Source: an uncultured Chloroflexia bacterium (lineage in GTDB: Bacteria > Chloroflexota > Dehalococcoidia > DSTF01 > JALHUB01). From it: DNA of 64,000 bases. Shown one piece after another: positions 19,135 to 28,669 of this stretch. Under the pieces are notes generated by a model, which was not told where the DNA came from, searched no databases, and worked only from the letters and a program-made list of their open reading frames with translations. Numbering within the stretch: the stretch's first letter is position 1; every line of letters begins with the position of its first letter. The translations under genes and the position numbers were made by a program. The stretch lies in assembly GCA_963719465.1 (NCBI GenBank), contig OY970386.1, positions 857,451 through 921,450 on the forward strand, read 5' to 3'.

Positions 19135-19575
19135 TCAGCTATCAGATGACTCCTCGGAAGCGCCGTCACAAGTGGCGAGCCGCCCCCGAAGCATGCGAAT
19201 CACTTCCCAAGGGTCGAACGGCTTGGGGATGTAGGTACCGCGGATCGGGCCGTAGCGTCTGACGGCCTCGTCTTCATCCAGCGCTGAAATCACGAGCCAA
19301 ACGGGGCAGTTGTCCGTTGAATCGCTCCGCAGCTTGTTGAGGACGTCGCCGCCGCGGCCGTCGGGCAAGCCGAGGTCGAGGAGGACGGCATCGAAGGGCA
19401 TCGCCTCTAACTGTCGGAGAGCATCGCCTCCTGTCTCCGCCTGGCTGGCATCGAAGCCGGCGCTCCGCAGGCACACACGCAGTATCCGGCTTACCGCCGG
19501 ATCGTCTTCGACGACCAGCACCTTGCCGCGCTGAGAACTATTGCTTCCGCTGCTGTCTTCTCTCTGCAATCCCAT
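19135..19575 (-). CDS. Single-domain (CheY-like) response regulator, paralogue of 28145..28570
   Basis: KVLVVEDD...AVLLDLGLPDGRGGDVL...ISALDE...PKPFDPWEV. Confidence 0.8.
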   Translation of the reverse strand: MGLQREDSSGSNSSQRGKVLVVEDDPAVSRILRVCLRSAGFDASQAETGGDALRQLEAMPFDAVLLDLGLPDGRGGDVLNKLRSDSTDNCPVWLVISALDEDEAVRRYGPIRGTYIPKPFDPWEVIRMLRGRLATCDGASEESSDS

Positions 19576-19655
19576 CCGTGACCAAACGCTCGTGAGATTC
19601 AGCCGTCATTGTAGGCGCGCGCTATGGTCAGACTGTGACGGGTCGTGAGGGTTTT

Positions 19656-19674
19656 GTGAAGATTTCGTGAAGAA
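19656..19674. promoter_or_regulatory. Direct repeat GTGAAGATTTCGTGAAGAA, candidate regulator binding site
   Basis: Near-identical GTGAAGACTTTATGAAGAT occurs at 28651-28669. Both lie about 81 nt upstream of the paralogous regulator starts. Confidence 0.4.
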
Positions 19675-22260
19675 ATGGGGGTGGTCAAACATAAGGTGTC
19701 GACTCTTCACGATTCTCTCACGGCAGCAGTTCGCATCTTCATGCCGTCTGCACCGGCTGCTCCTATCGTTCTTCTTAGTCCTCCCTGCTTTTCGACCGGC
19801 AAAGGAAGGCCCGTGATCCGCGTCTACAAGTGTCGCCGCCTGCGGAGTCGCGTCCCCAGGAAGTCTTATAAACCGCCGCGCCTGCTGGTCTTGCTGGCGG
19901 TGCTGCCGATGGCGTTCATGCCGATGGTCGCGGGGATGCTCGCGGTGGCGCTTCATTATTACGACGGGGTGGCGAGCACTATGGGCTCACCGGAGCAGCG
20001 AATCGCGGCGAGCGGCGGCGGCGCGCGCATTCTGGACCGGAACGGCAACGTGCTGTACCAATTCCTGGACGATACGACGGGCTATCAGGAGTGGGTGAAG
20101 CTTCAGGATATTTCGCCGTGGTTGATTTCGGCGACGATAGCGACGGAGGACCCGGACTTTTACTCGAACCCGGGGGTGAGCCTGCGGGGGCTGGCGCGGG
20201 CGGCATACGAGAACCTGAAGCCGGGCGGACCGTTGATGCAGGGAACGGGCGGCAGTTCGATAACACAGCAGCTGGCCAAGATATTGTATTTCACGCAGCA
20301 GCAACGCAGCGAGCGGTCGATCAGCCGGAAGATCAAGGAGACGACCATTGCGGTCAATCTGACGAGCCACTACAGCAAGAACCAGATACTGGAGTGGTAT
20401 CTGAACGAGGTGCCGTACGGCAACGACTACGTGGGAGTGGAGGAGGCGTCGGAGCGGTACTTCAGCGAGCCGGCAGAGGACCTGAACCTGGCGCAGGCGG
20501 CGTTACTGGCCGGCCTGCCGCAATCGCCGACGCGGTACGATCCAATCGCGAATCCGCAGGCGGCGAAGCAGCGGCAGGGCGAGGTGCTGGACTTGATGGC
20601 GAAGCACGGGGCCATAACGCAGATGGAGGCGGACCTGACGAAGCTGGTGGATGTCGAGCTGCAGCCGTCGACGCAGCCGCTTCTGGCGCCGCACTTCGTG
20701 TTCTACGTCGCGGACTATATTCGGGCGACGCTGGGCGAGGACGCGCTGCTGCACGGCGGGCTGGAGGTGGACACGACGCTGGACCTGGGGCTGAACGACG
20801 AGGCGCAGCAGCTCCTGGAGAAGAATCTGAGCGAGAATGAGGCGGCAACGAACGCGCACAACGGGTCGGTGGTGGTTATCGAACCGTCGACGGGGCAGAT
20901 CCTGGCGATGGTGGGGAGCCGCGATTTCAACCGCAACGACATCGATGGGCAGGTGAACAACGCGCTGGCGCTGAACTCGCCCGGGTCGGCGTTGAAGCCT
21001 TTCACGTACGTGACGGCGTTCATGAACGGCTGGGGGCCGGACTGGCCCGTCATCGATTCGCCAATCACGTACGATGACGGCACTTCGACGTTTACGCCGC
21101 GGAACCCGGGCACGGGCACGACTTACGGGGTGATCCCGGCGAAGGTGGCGCTGGGGAACTCGCTGAACATCGATGCTTTCAAGACGATCCTGTGGGTCGG
21201 CGTGGACAATATGGTGAAGACGGCGAAGGCGATGGGGATCACGACGCTCGATCGGCCGCTGGGTCCGGCGGTGACTCTGGGCGGGACGGACGTCACTTTG
21301 CTCGACCTCACTTACGCGTACAGCGTCTTCGCCAACGGCGGGACGATGGCGGGCGCGCCGACAACGCTGCAGCTGCCGTCGGGCAACCGCACGCTGGACC
21401 CGATCTGCGTGCTGCAGGTGAAGGACCGGACGGGGAAGGTGCTGCTGGACAACACGACGCCGCAGACGGTGCAGGTTATCCGGCCGGAATACGCGTACAT
21501 GATATCGAGCATCCTGTCGAACGACGACAACCGGAAGATGATCTTCGGAAGCGGAAGCGTGCTGAACATTCCGGGCATTCAGGCAGCGGTCAAGTCGGGG
21601 ACGAGCGAGCCGTTCGACGTGGACCCGGTGACGGCGGAGCAGACGCTGCCGACGGACGACACGTGGTCGGTGGGGTACACGCCGGACATCACGGTCGGAG
21701 TCTGGATCGGTAACAGCGACAACAGCCGCATGCAGAATATGTACAGCACGACGATCGCGGCGCCGCTCTGGCACGAGGTGATGGTGGCGGCGCTGGCGGG
21801 AAAGACGCCGCACAACTTCGTCGACCCGGGCGGGCTGGTGGAGGCGACGGTGTGCGTGCCGAGCGGCCTGCGGGCGACGCCGGACATGCACTGTCCGACG
21901 GTGACGGGCCTGTTTGCGCAGGACGCGCTTGACCGGGAATCGAGTGATCACTGGGGCGGCGAGCAGCTGAATCCGCTGGTGTCGGAGGACACGTGCGCGA
22001 CGTGCATTCCAAGCGAGATCACGGGCTGGAAGCGCTACCTGGCGATGGAGTATCTGAACCGTTTCGGCGGGAGCTACCCGACGAGCGGGCCGCAGGCGCA
22101 GGAGAGCACGCCGGCGCAGATTCCGGCGACGCCGGCACCCATCGCTGACACGCCGGCGCCAGCTCCGACGGCGGCGCCTCCGTCACCGGCCGCGGCGGAC
22201 CCGCCGACGCCGCAGCCACAGCAGCGCGGTAGTCGGGGTTGGGGGCACGTCGGTCCGTAA
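19675..22260 (+). CDS. Class A penicillin-binding protein (glycosyltransferase + transpeptidase, PBP1A type)
   Basis: GT51 motifs ATIATEDPDFYSNPG and GGSSITQQLAK. Transpeptidase SxxK-type region LNSPGSALKPF and KSGT. Pro-rich tail. Start uncertain. Confidence 0.85.
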   Translation: MGVVKHKVSTLHDSLTAAVRIFMPSAPAAPIVLLSPPCFSTGKGRPVIRVYKCRRLRSRVPRKSYKPPRLLVLLAVLPMAFMPMVAGMLAVALHYYDGVASTMGSPEQRIAASGGGARILDRNGNVLYQFLDDTTGYQEWVKLQDISPWLISATIATEDPDFYSNPGVSLRGLARAAYENLKPGGPLMQGTGGSSITQQLAKILYFTQQQRSERSISRKIKETTIAVNLTSHYSKNQILEWYLNEVPYGNDYVGVEEASERYFSEPAEDLNLAQAALLAGLPQSPTRYDPIANPQAAKQRQGEVLDLMAKHGAITQMEADLTKLVDVELQPSTQPLLAPHFVFYVADYIRATLGEDALLHGGLEVDTTLDLGLNDEAQQLLEKNLSENEAATNAHNGSVVVIEPSTGQILAMVGSRDFNRNDIDGQVNNALALNSPGSALKPFTYVTAFMNGWGPDWPVIDSPITYDDGTSTFTPRNPGTGTTYGVIPAKVALGNSLNIDAFKTILWVGVDNMVKTAKAMGITTLDRPLGPAVTLGGTDVTLLDLTYAYSVFANGGTMAGAPTTLQLPSGNRTLDPICVLQVKDRTGKVLLDNTTPQTVQVIRPEYAYMISSILSNDDNRKMIFGSGSVLNIPGIQAAVKSGTSEPFDVDPVTAEQTLPTDDTWSVGYTPDITVGVWIGNSDNSRMQNMYSTTIAAPLWHEVMVAALAGKTPHNFVDPGGLVEATVCVPSGLRATPDMHCPTVTGLFAQDALDRESSDHWGGEQLNPLVSEDTCATCIPSEITGWKRYLAMEYLNRFGGSYPTSGPQAQESTPAQIPATPAPIADTPAPAPTAAPPSPAAADPPTPQPQQRGSRGWGHVGP

Positions 22261-22311
22261 GGGCACGTCGGCGTTGCGAAAGAGGATTTCCGGTCGAGCA
22301 GGGTGATGCCG

Positions 22312-22355
22312 GGGCGGGCAGGCCGGACGGCCCGTAGGGATGCCCGCCCTACGCG
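22312..22355 (+). repeat. REP-like hairpin + CTAC element (GCGGGCA subtype)
   Basis: GGGCGGGCA...TGCCCGCCC CTACGCG. Same subtype as 52807..52835. Confidence 0.5.
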
Positions 22356-22390
22356 TCTATGGGAGCGCGGCCCGCTAAGCCGCTACTCCG

Positions 22391-22640
22391 TCAGGGCGCA
22401 GATGGCGGCGGGACGTTGCACTTCGCTTGCGGTTCTGCGGGTTAAAACCCGCAGCTACCCCTCCACACTCCCGCACCTCACTGCTGCTGCCTTCATTCGG
22501 TCAGGGCGCAGACGGCGGCGGGACGTTGGACTTCGCTTGCGGTTCTGCGGGTTAAAACCCGCAGCTACCCCTCCACACTCCCGCACCTCACTGCTGCTGC
22601 CTTCATTCGGTCAGGGCGCAGACGGCGGCGGGACGTTGGA
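22391..22640. repeat. 110-bp tandem repeat (2 full copies plus about 30 bp) that duplicates the encapsulin 3' end
   Basis: TCAGGGCGCAGA(C/T)GGCGGCGGGACGTTG(G/C)AC recurs at 22391, 22501 and 22611. Each full unit contains the hairpin CTGCGGG TTAAAA CCCGCAG CTAC. Confidence 0.85.
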
Positions 22641-23397
22641 CGAGCAAGGCAAGGCTTTCGACGATGGCGAACTCGAGGTTCTCCTTCGTCGGGCCGACGA
22701 ACGATATCGCCATGTCCTGCCCGAGGACGATGGACGCGTAGACGCGGCCGGTATTCAAGATGAGGCCGCCCTTCTCCAGGACCGGCGCCTTGAACACGCC
22801 TTCCGTCGCTATGGTCTGGATCTGCTCCAATTCGCTGAAGGCGCCGATGGGATGGCGGCGGTACAGCGCGTCGTAGCGGGGCGGCGAGAGGGCGACGGCG
22901 TAGGGGCCGTGGTAGCCGGCGTTATCGAGGTCGATGACGGCCTTGATGATGTCGCCGGCGGCAGTGCCGAGCTCGTCCCAGGAGGACAGCGCCTGGGTGG
23001 TTATGCCCTCGTAAGTCAGGAGGCCGGGCAGGCGCGGGCCGCCGTTGAGGACCAGGTGGTCCTCGAGCGTCGAGGCGCGGATGGCGGCGTCGACGAGGGC
23101 GTTCAGGTTGAGCGGGAGCTCGTCGCGTTCGAAGGAGAGGAGATCGCGCTTGCCGAGCGTAAATCCGACTTCGATGGCGGCCAGCGGTACCGAGGCGCTG
23201 GCGTAGACGTCTTCCTGGAGCTGGATGTCCTCCAGCGGGACGGACTTCAGGCCGAAGCCGTAGGGGCCTTCAATGGGCAGGATACGGCGGCCGACGAGGA
23301 TGCCGCGCGCCGTCTCCACGAGGGCGGCGTCGAGGGCTTTCCAGGTCTCGGCGGAGATTGGTGCTTCTTCCCTGGCAAGGTATTTTTCTTCCATCAT
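22603..23397 (-). CDS. Family 1 encapsulin shell protein (linocin M18-like)
   Basis: 264 aa: ...WKALDAALVETARGILVGRRILPIEGPYGFG...YHGPYAVALSP. Sits next to a cargo carrying a targeting peptide. Confidence 0.85.
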   Translation of the reverse strand: MMEEKYLAREEAPISAETWKALDAALVETARGILVGRRILPIEGPYGFGLKSVPLEDIQLQEDVYASASVPLAAIEVGFTLGKRDLLSFERDELPLNLNALVDAAIRASTLEDHLVLNGGPRLPGLLTYEGITTQALSSWDELGTAAGDIIKAVIDLDNAGYHGPYAVALSPPRYDALYRRHPIGAFSELEQIQTIATEGVFKAPVLEKGGLILNTGRVYASIVLGQDMAISFVGPTKENLEFAIVESLALLVQRPAAVCALTE

Positions 23398-23438
23398 CGC
23401 TCCTCCTTGAGAGTGAGATATCGCATTTGTGCAAGCCT

Positions 23439-23798
23439 TCAGCCCTTGAGAGAGCCGACGGTCATGCCGCCGGTGGACTTTTCGCCGGCGGGAGGCTGGC
23501 CTTCGCCGGCCATTTCGTCGACCTCGCGGGCGCCCTGGGCGAGGAAGCGGTCCTCTTCGCCTTCGGTCAGGATGCTGAGCAGGCGCGAGAACTCGCCGAC
23601 GTGGACGCGCTCTTCGTCGGCGATGTCCAGGAGCACGCGTCTGGCGAGCTCGTTGTCGGTGGCCTCGGCCTGCGCCGTGTAGAGGTGGGTTGCCTCCTCT
23701 TCGGCGGCGACGTCCTGCCTTATGGCGCGGATGAGCTCTCCCAGGTTCAGCGAGCGACCGGGAAGGCTGCCCTGGAACGGGTTGAGGAATTCGGCCAT
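23439..23798 (-). CDS. Encapsulated ferritin-like protein (EncFtn/Flp cargo) with C-terminal targeting peptide
   Basis: MAEFLNPFQ...EEEATHLYTAQAE...DEERVHVGEF di-iron motifs. C-terminal ...GGMTVGSLKG. RBS AAGGAGG. Confidence 0.8.
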   Translation of the reverse strand: MAEFLNPFQGSLPGRSLNLGELIRAIRQDVAAEEEATHLYTAQAEATDNELARRVLLDIADEERVHVGEFSRLLSILTEGEEDRFLAQGAREVDEMAGEGQPPAGEKSTGGMTVGSLKG

Positions 23799-23836
23799 TT
23801 GTATCCTCCTTCGAAGACGACGTTCTTGAAATCGAT

Positions 23837-26614
23837 TCAGCGCGCGGCGGCCTCCGGCCCTTTCGACAGCAGGGCGCTGAGATCGTGCTTTGCCGATAGA
23901 ATCCCCTGCCACGGGTCGCGGTTCTGGGCCAGGCGGTCCGCGACGTTGAGGATCGTGAAGTCGGTTGGATAGATATGCGGGAGCTCTTCCCACAGGAGCG
24001 GTATGGAGACGCTCGCCTCCGGCGAGGGCCGCGGGGAATAGGCGGAGGCGAGCGTCTTGCCGCGGGAGTTCTGGTTGTGATCGAAGAAGACTTTGCCTTT
24101 GCGCTTGCTGACGGCCCAGTCCATGGTGATGTCGTCGGGGTGCTGCTGCATCAGGTAACGGCCGATGCTGCCGGCGGCGGCGCGGACTTCATCGAAAGTG
24201 AAGCGCCGGACGATCGGCACGTAAACGTGAAGGCCGGTGCGACCGGAGGTCTTGACGAAGGCGGGCAGCGAAAGCGAGTCGAGGACTTCGTGCAGCCAGA
24301 CGGCGACCTCGCGGGTCCTGGCGAAGGCCTTGCGGTTGAGCGCGGGCTCGTCGCCCTCTTTTTCTTCGCCGGAGTAGAGATAGGGGTCGAGGTCGAAGAC
24401 GATGAAGTCGGGGTAGTTGAGCGCGGAGCCGAGGATGTTGTCCAGCGAGCCGCTGAAGGCGGTCGTCAGGCCCGTGGCGTCGGGCTCCGGGCTGGTGCGG
24501 GAGTACCAGGTGTGCAGCTCGATGTCGGCGATCTGGCCGAGCCAGAGGAGGGTCGGCAGGTTGTTGCACAGCAAGTACTGCTGGTCGCCTTCCTGCTCGG
24601 AGAAGAGGAGGACCTTTTCGACGAAGGGCGGCGCGCCGTTGTCATAGTGCTTTTGAAAGAAGCTTTCGCCGTCGATGCCGTTTGGGTAGCGCTTGAGGGT
24701 TAGCGGGCGGTCCCTCAGATGCGGCAGGAGGAACGGCGAGACCCTGGCGAGATAGACGAGAAGGTCGCGCTTGGTCAGAGCGCGCTGTTTGCCGAGCGGC
24801 GGCCAGAAAGGCTTGTCGAGGTTATTGAGGGGGATGTCATGGCCCTGCAATTTGAGGGTGAAGTCGCGCTTTGCCGAGGATATCTGGTCGACGACGGCGT
24901 CAACGTCGCGCTTGCTGACTGAAGCGGCGGGCGACGGGTCGGGCCTGGTGGCCCCTGAGGGCGTCTCCACCACCTCGACGCGCGCGACCTGCCCCTTCGG
25001 CTTGTCGTCGCGCAGGCGGAGGAAGACAGGGGCGCGGAGCTTGCCGTCGCCGGTCCACTGGGCGAACTTGACCTCGGCGACGAGCTGGGGCTTCACCCAG
25101 GTCGTGTCGCCGGGGCGGTCGACGGGGCCGGCGAAGGGCGAGCGGGCGGCGCGCAGCTTCTCCAGGCGGGCGAGGATGTCGTCGAGGAGGCGGTCGTCGA
25201 AGCCGCTGCCAACGTTGCCGACGTAGCGCAGCTTGTGCCGCTCGTCGTACTGGCCGAGGACGAGGGAGCCGAAGGTGCGGGCGCGGACGCCGGCGCCGCG
25301 GGTGTAGCCGCCGACGACGAACTCGTCGCTGAGGGTTCCTTTGACCTTGAGCCAGGCACGAGAGCGCTGGCCGGGGGCGTAGACGCTGTCGCGCTTCTTG
25401 GCCATGACGCCTTCGAGGCCATGGTCGACGGCGACGCGGTAGGCGGTCTCGCCGTCCTGCTCGAACTGCTCGATGAGGCGGACGCGATCGCTGGAGGCGA
25501 GGGCGCGCTCGAGCAGGCGGCGGCGGGCCTCGAAGGGGGCGCCGGTCAGGTCGTAGCCGTCGAGGTAAAGGATATCGAAGACGTAGTAGAGGACGGGCAG
25601 TTGGGCCTCCGCCAGGCGGATGTCATGCTCGTTCTGGAGGTTCATGCGTTGCTGGAGGCGCTGGAACGACGGGCGGCCCTGCTCGTCGGGGGCGATGATC
25701 TCGCCGTCGATGACAAGCTCGCGGGAGGGCTGCTCGGCGAGCTCGGCGGCGAGGGAAGGATAGCCTTTCGTATCGTCGAGGCCGCGGCGGGAGACGAGGC
25801 GGACGTTGCCGTCGCGGAGGAAGGCGAGGGCGCGCAGGCCGTCAAGCTTGGGCTCGAAGAGCCAGTCGGGATGGGAGAAGGGCTCTTTCGCCAGGGTGGC
25901 GAGCATGGGCGTGAGAGCGCGCGGGAAGGCGGCCTTGCGGGCGCCGGGGAGCGACGACGGGCTTCCCGGGGCGTCCGGCCGCCGACCCGACGGCTTCTGC
26001 GGGCGGCCGCCGGCCTTCAGGTCCTCGATTGTCAGGCCGGAGACGACGGAGCGCCCTTCGCTGAGGATGTCGCGGTCGGAGGCGGCGCCGTTGTGGTGCT
26101 TGATGAGGAGCCAGTCCTTCGGGCCGCGACGCGACTTGACGAGGGCGAAGGAGCCTTTGAGCTTCTCGCCGTTGAGATAGACGCTCAGTTTGCCGTCGGC
26201 GAGGCCGCGCTCGACGAGGCGCTCAGCCTGCCGGCGGTCGAAGGCGCGGTGGCCGTCCTCTTCGGGGGCGTAGGAGCCGCGGTCCCAGACGATGACCTCG
26301 CCGGCGCCGTACTCGCCTTCGGGGATGACGCCCTCGAAGTCGGCGTAGTCGGCGGGGTGGTCTTCGACCATGACGGCGAGGCGCTTCTCCTTGGGGTCGA
26401 GCGAGGGGCCCTTCGGCACCGCCCAGGACTTGAGCACGCCTTCCGCCTCGAGACGAAGGTCGTAATGGAGGCGGCTGGCGGCGTGCTTGTGGACGACGAA
26501 GCGCAGGGGGCCTTCGCCGGCGGGCTTGCGCTCAGGCGGCGGCTCCGCGGAGCGCTTGAGGTCGCGCTTGCGGGCGTATTCGTCGAGGCCGGGGGCAGGC
26601 TTTCGCTGCGGCAT
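23837..26614 (-). CDS. ligD: Multidomain DNA ligase D (phosphoesterase + ATP-dependent ligase + polymerase/primase)
   Basis: FVVHKHAASRLHYDLRLE (PE domain), the ligase adenylation region EPKLDGLR, and a C-terminal LigD-Pol region. Adjacent to ku. Confidence 0.9.
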   Translation of the reverse strand: MPQRKPAPGLDEYARKRDLKRSAEPPPERKPAGEGPLRFVVHKHAASRLHYDLRLEAEGVLKSWAVPKGPSLDPKEKRLAVMVEDHPADYADFEGVIPEGEYGAGEVIVWDRGSYAPEEDGHRAFDRRQAERLVERGLADGKLSVYLNGEKLKGSFALVKSRRGPKDWLLIKHHNGAASDRDILSEGRSVVSGLTIEDLKAGGRPQKPSGRRPDAPGSPSSLPGARKAAFPRALTPMLATLAKEPFSHPDWLFEPKLDGLRALAFLRDGNVRLVSRRGLDDTKGYPSLAAELAEQPSRELVIDGEIIAPDEQGRPSFQRLQQRMNLQNEHDIRLAEAQLPVLYYVFDILYLDGYDLTGAPFEARRRLLERALASSDRVRLIEQFEQDGETAYRVAVDHGLEGVMAKKRDSVYAPGQRSRAWLKVKGTLSDEFVVGGYTRGAGVRARTFGSLVLGQYDERHKLRYVGNVGSGFDDRLLDDILARLEKLRAARSPFAGPVDRPGDTTWVKPQLVAEVKFAQWTGDGKLRAPVFLRLRDDKPKGQVARVEVVETPSGATRPDPSPAASVSKRDVDAVVDQISSAKRDFTLKLQGHDIPLNNLDKPFWPPLGKQRALTKRDLLVYLARVSPFLLPHLRDRPLTLKRYPNGIDGESFFQKHYDNGAPPFVEKVLLFSEQEGDQQYLLCNNLPTLLWLGQIADIELHTWYSRTSPEPDATGLTTAFSGSLDNILGSALNYPDFIVFDLDPYLYSGEEKEGDEPALNRKAFARTREVAVWLHEVLDSLSLPAFVKTSGRTGLHVYVPIVRRFTFDEVRAAAGSIGRYLMQQHPDDITMDWAVSKRKGKVFFDHNQNSRGKTLASAYSPRPSPEASVSIPLLWEELPHIYPTDFTILNVADRLAQNRDPWQGILSAKHDLSALLSKGPEAAAR

Positions 26615-26616
26615 CG

Positions 26617-27438
26617 CTAGCCCGCCTTGCGCCGTTCGCGGCGCTCTTCGCGGGGGCGGCGCGACTGTTCGCTGCGTTGCCTCTTCGCCGCCTCGACGCT
26701 CTCGCGGAGGGCGGCCATGAGGTCGATGACCTTGCCGGGAGGCGCCGGCGGCGCGACGACCTCCTGGCCCTTGCGCTTGGCCTCGATGAGCTCCATGAGC
26801 GCTCGGCGGTAGTCGTCGTGGTACTCCTCGGGGTTGAAGCGCTGTGAGAGGGCGTCGACGAGGGTCATCGCCAGGTCGATCTCGCGCTGGGAGACGTTAA
26901 CGTCGGCTTCGACGCCCTTCTCGACGCTGATTTCGTCGGGGAAGTAGAGCGTTTCGAGGACGAGGGCGCCGTCCTGCGGTCGGAGGGCGCAGAGCTGCTC
27001 CTTGTTGCGGATGGCGATCTTGGCGATGCCGACGAGTGACTTCTCCTGAAGGACGCGCATGAGCAGAGCGAACGGCTTGGCGCCGCCTTCGCGCGGCTCC
27101 AGGTAGTAGCTCCTATCGTAGTAGATGGGGTCGATCTCCTGGCTGCGGACGAAGGCGGAGAGGCCGATGGTGCGCTTGCTGGGCAAAGGCATCTTCTCGA
27201 AGTCCTCGTCTGTGAGGACGACGTACTGGTCGCGGGCGTATTCGTAGCCGCGGACAACGTCGTCCCAGTCGACCGCTTCTTCGTGAAACGGGCACCAGCG
27301 CTGCTGCTTGAGGCGGTTGCCGCAGCTTTTGTGCAGCAGGTGGAAGGCGATGTCTTTCTCTTGCGTGGCGGTGTACAGGTTGACGGGGATGCTTACCATC
27401 CCGAAGCTGATCACACCGCTCCAAATCGATCGGGGCAT
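26617..27438 (-). CDS. ku: Ku DNA end-binding protein
   Basis: MPRSIWSGVISFGMVSIPVNLY... and a basic C-terminal tail. RBS AAAGGGGG. The listed ORF extends to 27516. Confidence 0.9.
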   Translation of the reverse strand: MPRSIWSGVISFGMVSIPVNLYTATQEKDIAFHLLHKSCGNRLKQQRWCPFHEEAVDWDDVVRGYEYARDQYVVLTDEDFEKMPLPSKRTIGLSAFVRSQEIDPIYYDRSYYLEPREGGAKPFALLMRVLQEKSLVGIAKIAIRNKEQLCALRPQDGALVLETLYFPDEISVEKGVEADVNVSQREIDLAMTLVDALSQRFNPEEYHDDYRRALMELIEAKRKGQEVVAPPAPPGKVIDLMAALRESVEAAKRQRSEQSRRPREERRERRKAG

Positions 27439-27659
27439 GGCGGCCCCCTTTCTTGCCGTCCCGATCTGCGCCTCGCGCATTTCGGGGCGGATACGAGAAG
27501 GCCGAGAGAAAACCACCTCTCGACCTCCCCACCGTTTCCAAAGACGAACCTCTGACCCTGCCGGCGGCCACCGATTCCTTTCGACGCCGCGCGGCGACCT
27601 CCCTGTCGCCCCGAGTCAGCCCGCTCGCCTCATTCCCTTTTTGTTCCGGTTCCTCAGCC

Positions 27660-28001
27660 TCAGCGGATGGTCGCCGGCAGGACCAGCGGCTTGTACTCGG
27701 CCGCGATAAGCAGCTCGTCCATCTCGTCGACGCTGAGCTCGAGACCCCAGCAGCCGAGGAGGACGAGGGCGTCGCGACTGGGGTTCAGCCGTTCGCCGGA
27801 AAGAAGGCGCGAGACGTAGCTATCGCCGAGCCAGGAGTCGCGGGCGATCTGCGCCTGGGTCTTGCCCTTGGACCGCCGGACGCGCTCGGTGTACTTGCCG
27901 AGCAGGATGGTCAGCGGCAAGCGGTCAGGCAGGACACCGGCATGCAAATAGCGGCTGTTCCTGGCGATCTCTCCGCCTTCGTCTATCCGGGCATTGAGCA
28001 C
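27660..28001 (-). CDS. XRE-family helix-turn-helix transcriptional regulator
   Basis: GKTQAQIARDSWLGDSYVSRLLSGER HTH signature. Confidence 0.7.
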   Translation of the reverse strand: MLNARIDEGGEIARNSRYLHAGVLPDRLPLTILLGKYTERVRRSKGKTQAQIARDSWLGDSYVSRLLSGERLNPSRDALVLLGCWGLELSVDEMDELLIAAEYKPLVLPATIR

Positions 28002-28144
28002 GTCCCCACCTCCGCGCTTCGGTTGCTGCGATGTTGGAACCTCACGTTTTGAGTCTAGACGGTGGGCGTGTTGGAGGTGTGAAGTGCTTGCTCTGCGCTA
28101 TGAAGAAAACGTGAAAGCGGCATCAGGAGACGGGAAGGCGGCTC

Positions 28145-28570
28145 TCAGGAGGCTGCGCGGCGGTTGCGAGCAGCCCTTCGGTCGCCGATATCGTCTGAAA
28201 GAAGCTGGTCGAGCAGGTTGATGAGGGTCCAGGGGTCGAAGGGCTTGGCCATGAAGGGGCCCCGCAGCGGGCCGAAGAGTCTGTCGGCCTCGCATTCGTC
28301 GAGGGCGGACATGGCGACCCACACGGGACTGGGCGCCGTACCCTGCAGGCGGGCGAGAACGTCGCCGCCGAGGCCGTCGGGGAGGCACAGGTCCAGGATG
28401 ACGGCGTCGAAGGCGTCGCTGTCAAGCTTCTTCAGCGCCTCACCGCCGGACTCCGCCTGGGTCGTTTCGAAGCCGCCACAGCGAAGCGATAGATTGAGCA
28501 TCCTGTTGACGGCCGTATCGTCTTCAATCAGGAGCACCTTTCGACGCTTCCCCACTCTAGACATTTTCAT
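28145..28570 (-). CDS. Single-domain (CheY-like) response regulator, paralogue of 19135..19575
   Basis: KVLLIEDD...AVILDLCLPDGLGGDVL...MSALDE...AKPFDPWTL. Start MKMSRVGKRR chosen by alignment with the paralogue. Confidence 0.8.
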   Translation of the reverse strand: MKMSRVGKRRKVLLIEDDTAVNRMLNLSLRCGGFETTQAESGGEALKKLDSDAFDAVILDLCLPDGLGGDVLARLQGTAPSPVWVAMSALDECEADRLFGPLRGPFMAKPFDPWTLINLLDQLLSDDIGDRRAARNRRAAS

Positions 28571-28650
28571 CCCGCTTCTGTCGTCCTTGCAACCTAACAT
28601 TCATGATAGGTAGCCAGAGTGCCCCAGGCGTGATGTTGGAGCATGAATCC

Positions 28651-28669
28651 GTGAAGACTTTATGAAGAT
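28651..28669. promoter_or_regulatory. Direct repeat GTGAAGACTTTATGAAGAT, candidate regulator binding site
   Basis: Counterpart of 19656-19674, at the same spacing from the regulator start. Confidence 0.4.

Noticed and set aside
22391-22640. CRISPR array, also considered for the 42-nt (29947-30090) and 36-nt (62500-62607) repeats.
   Set aside because: The repeats are head-to-tail with no unique spacers. Two lie inside coding sequence and encode peptide repeats, and the third copies a gene end. No cas genes are present.
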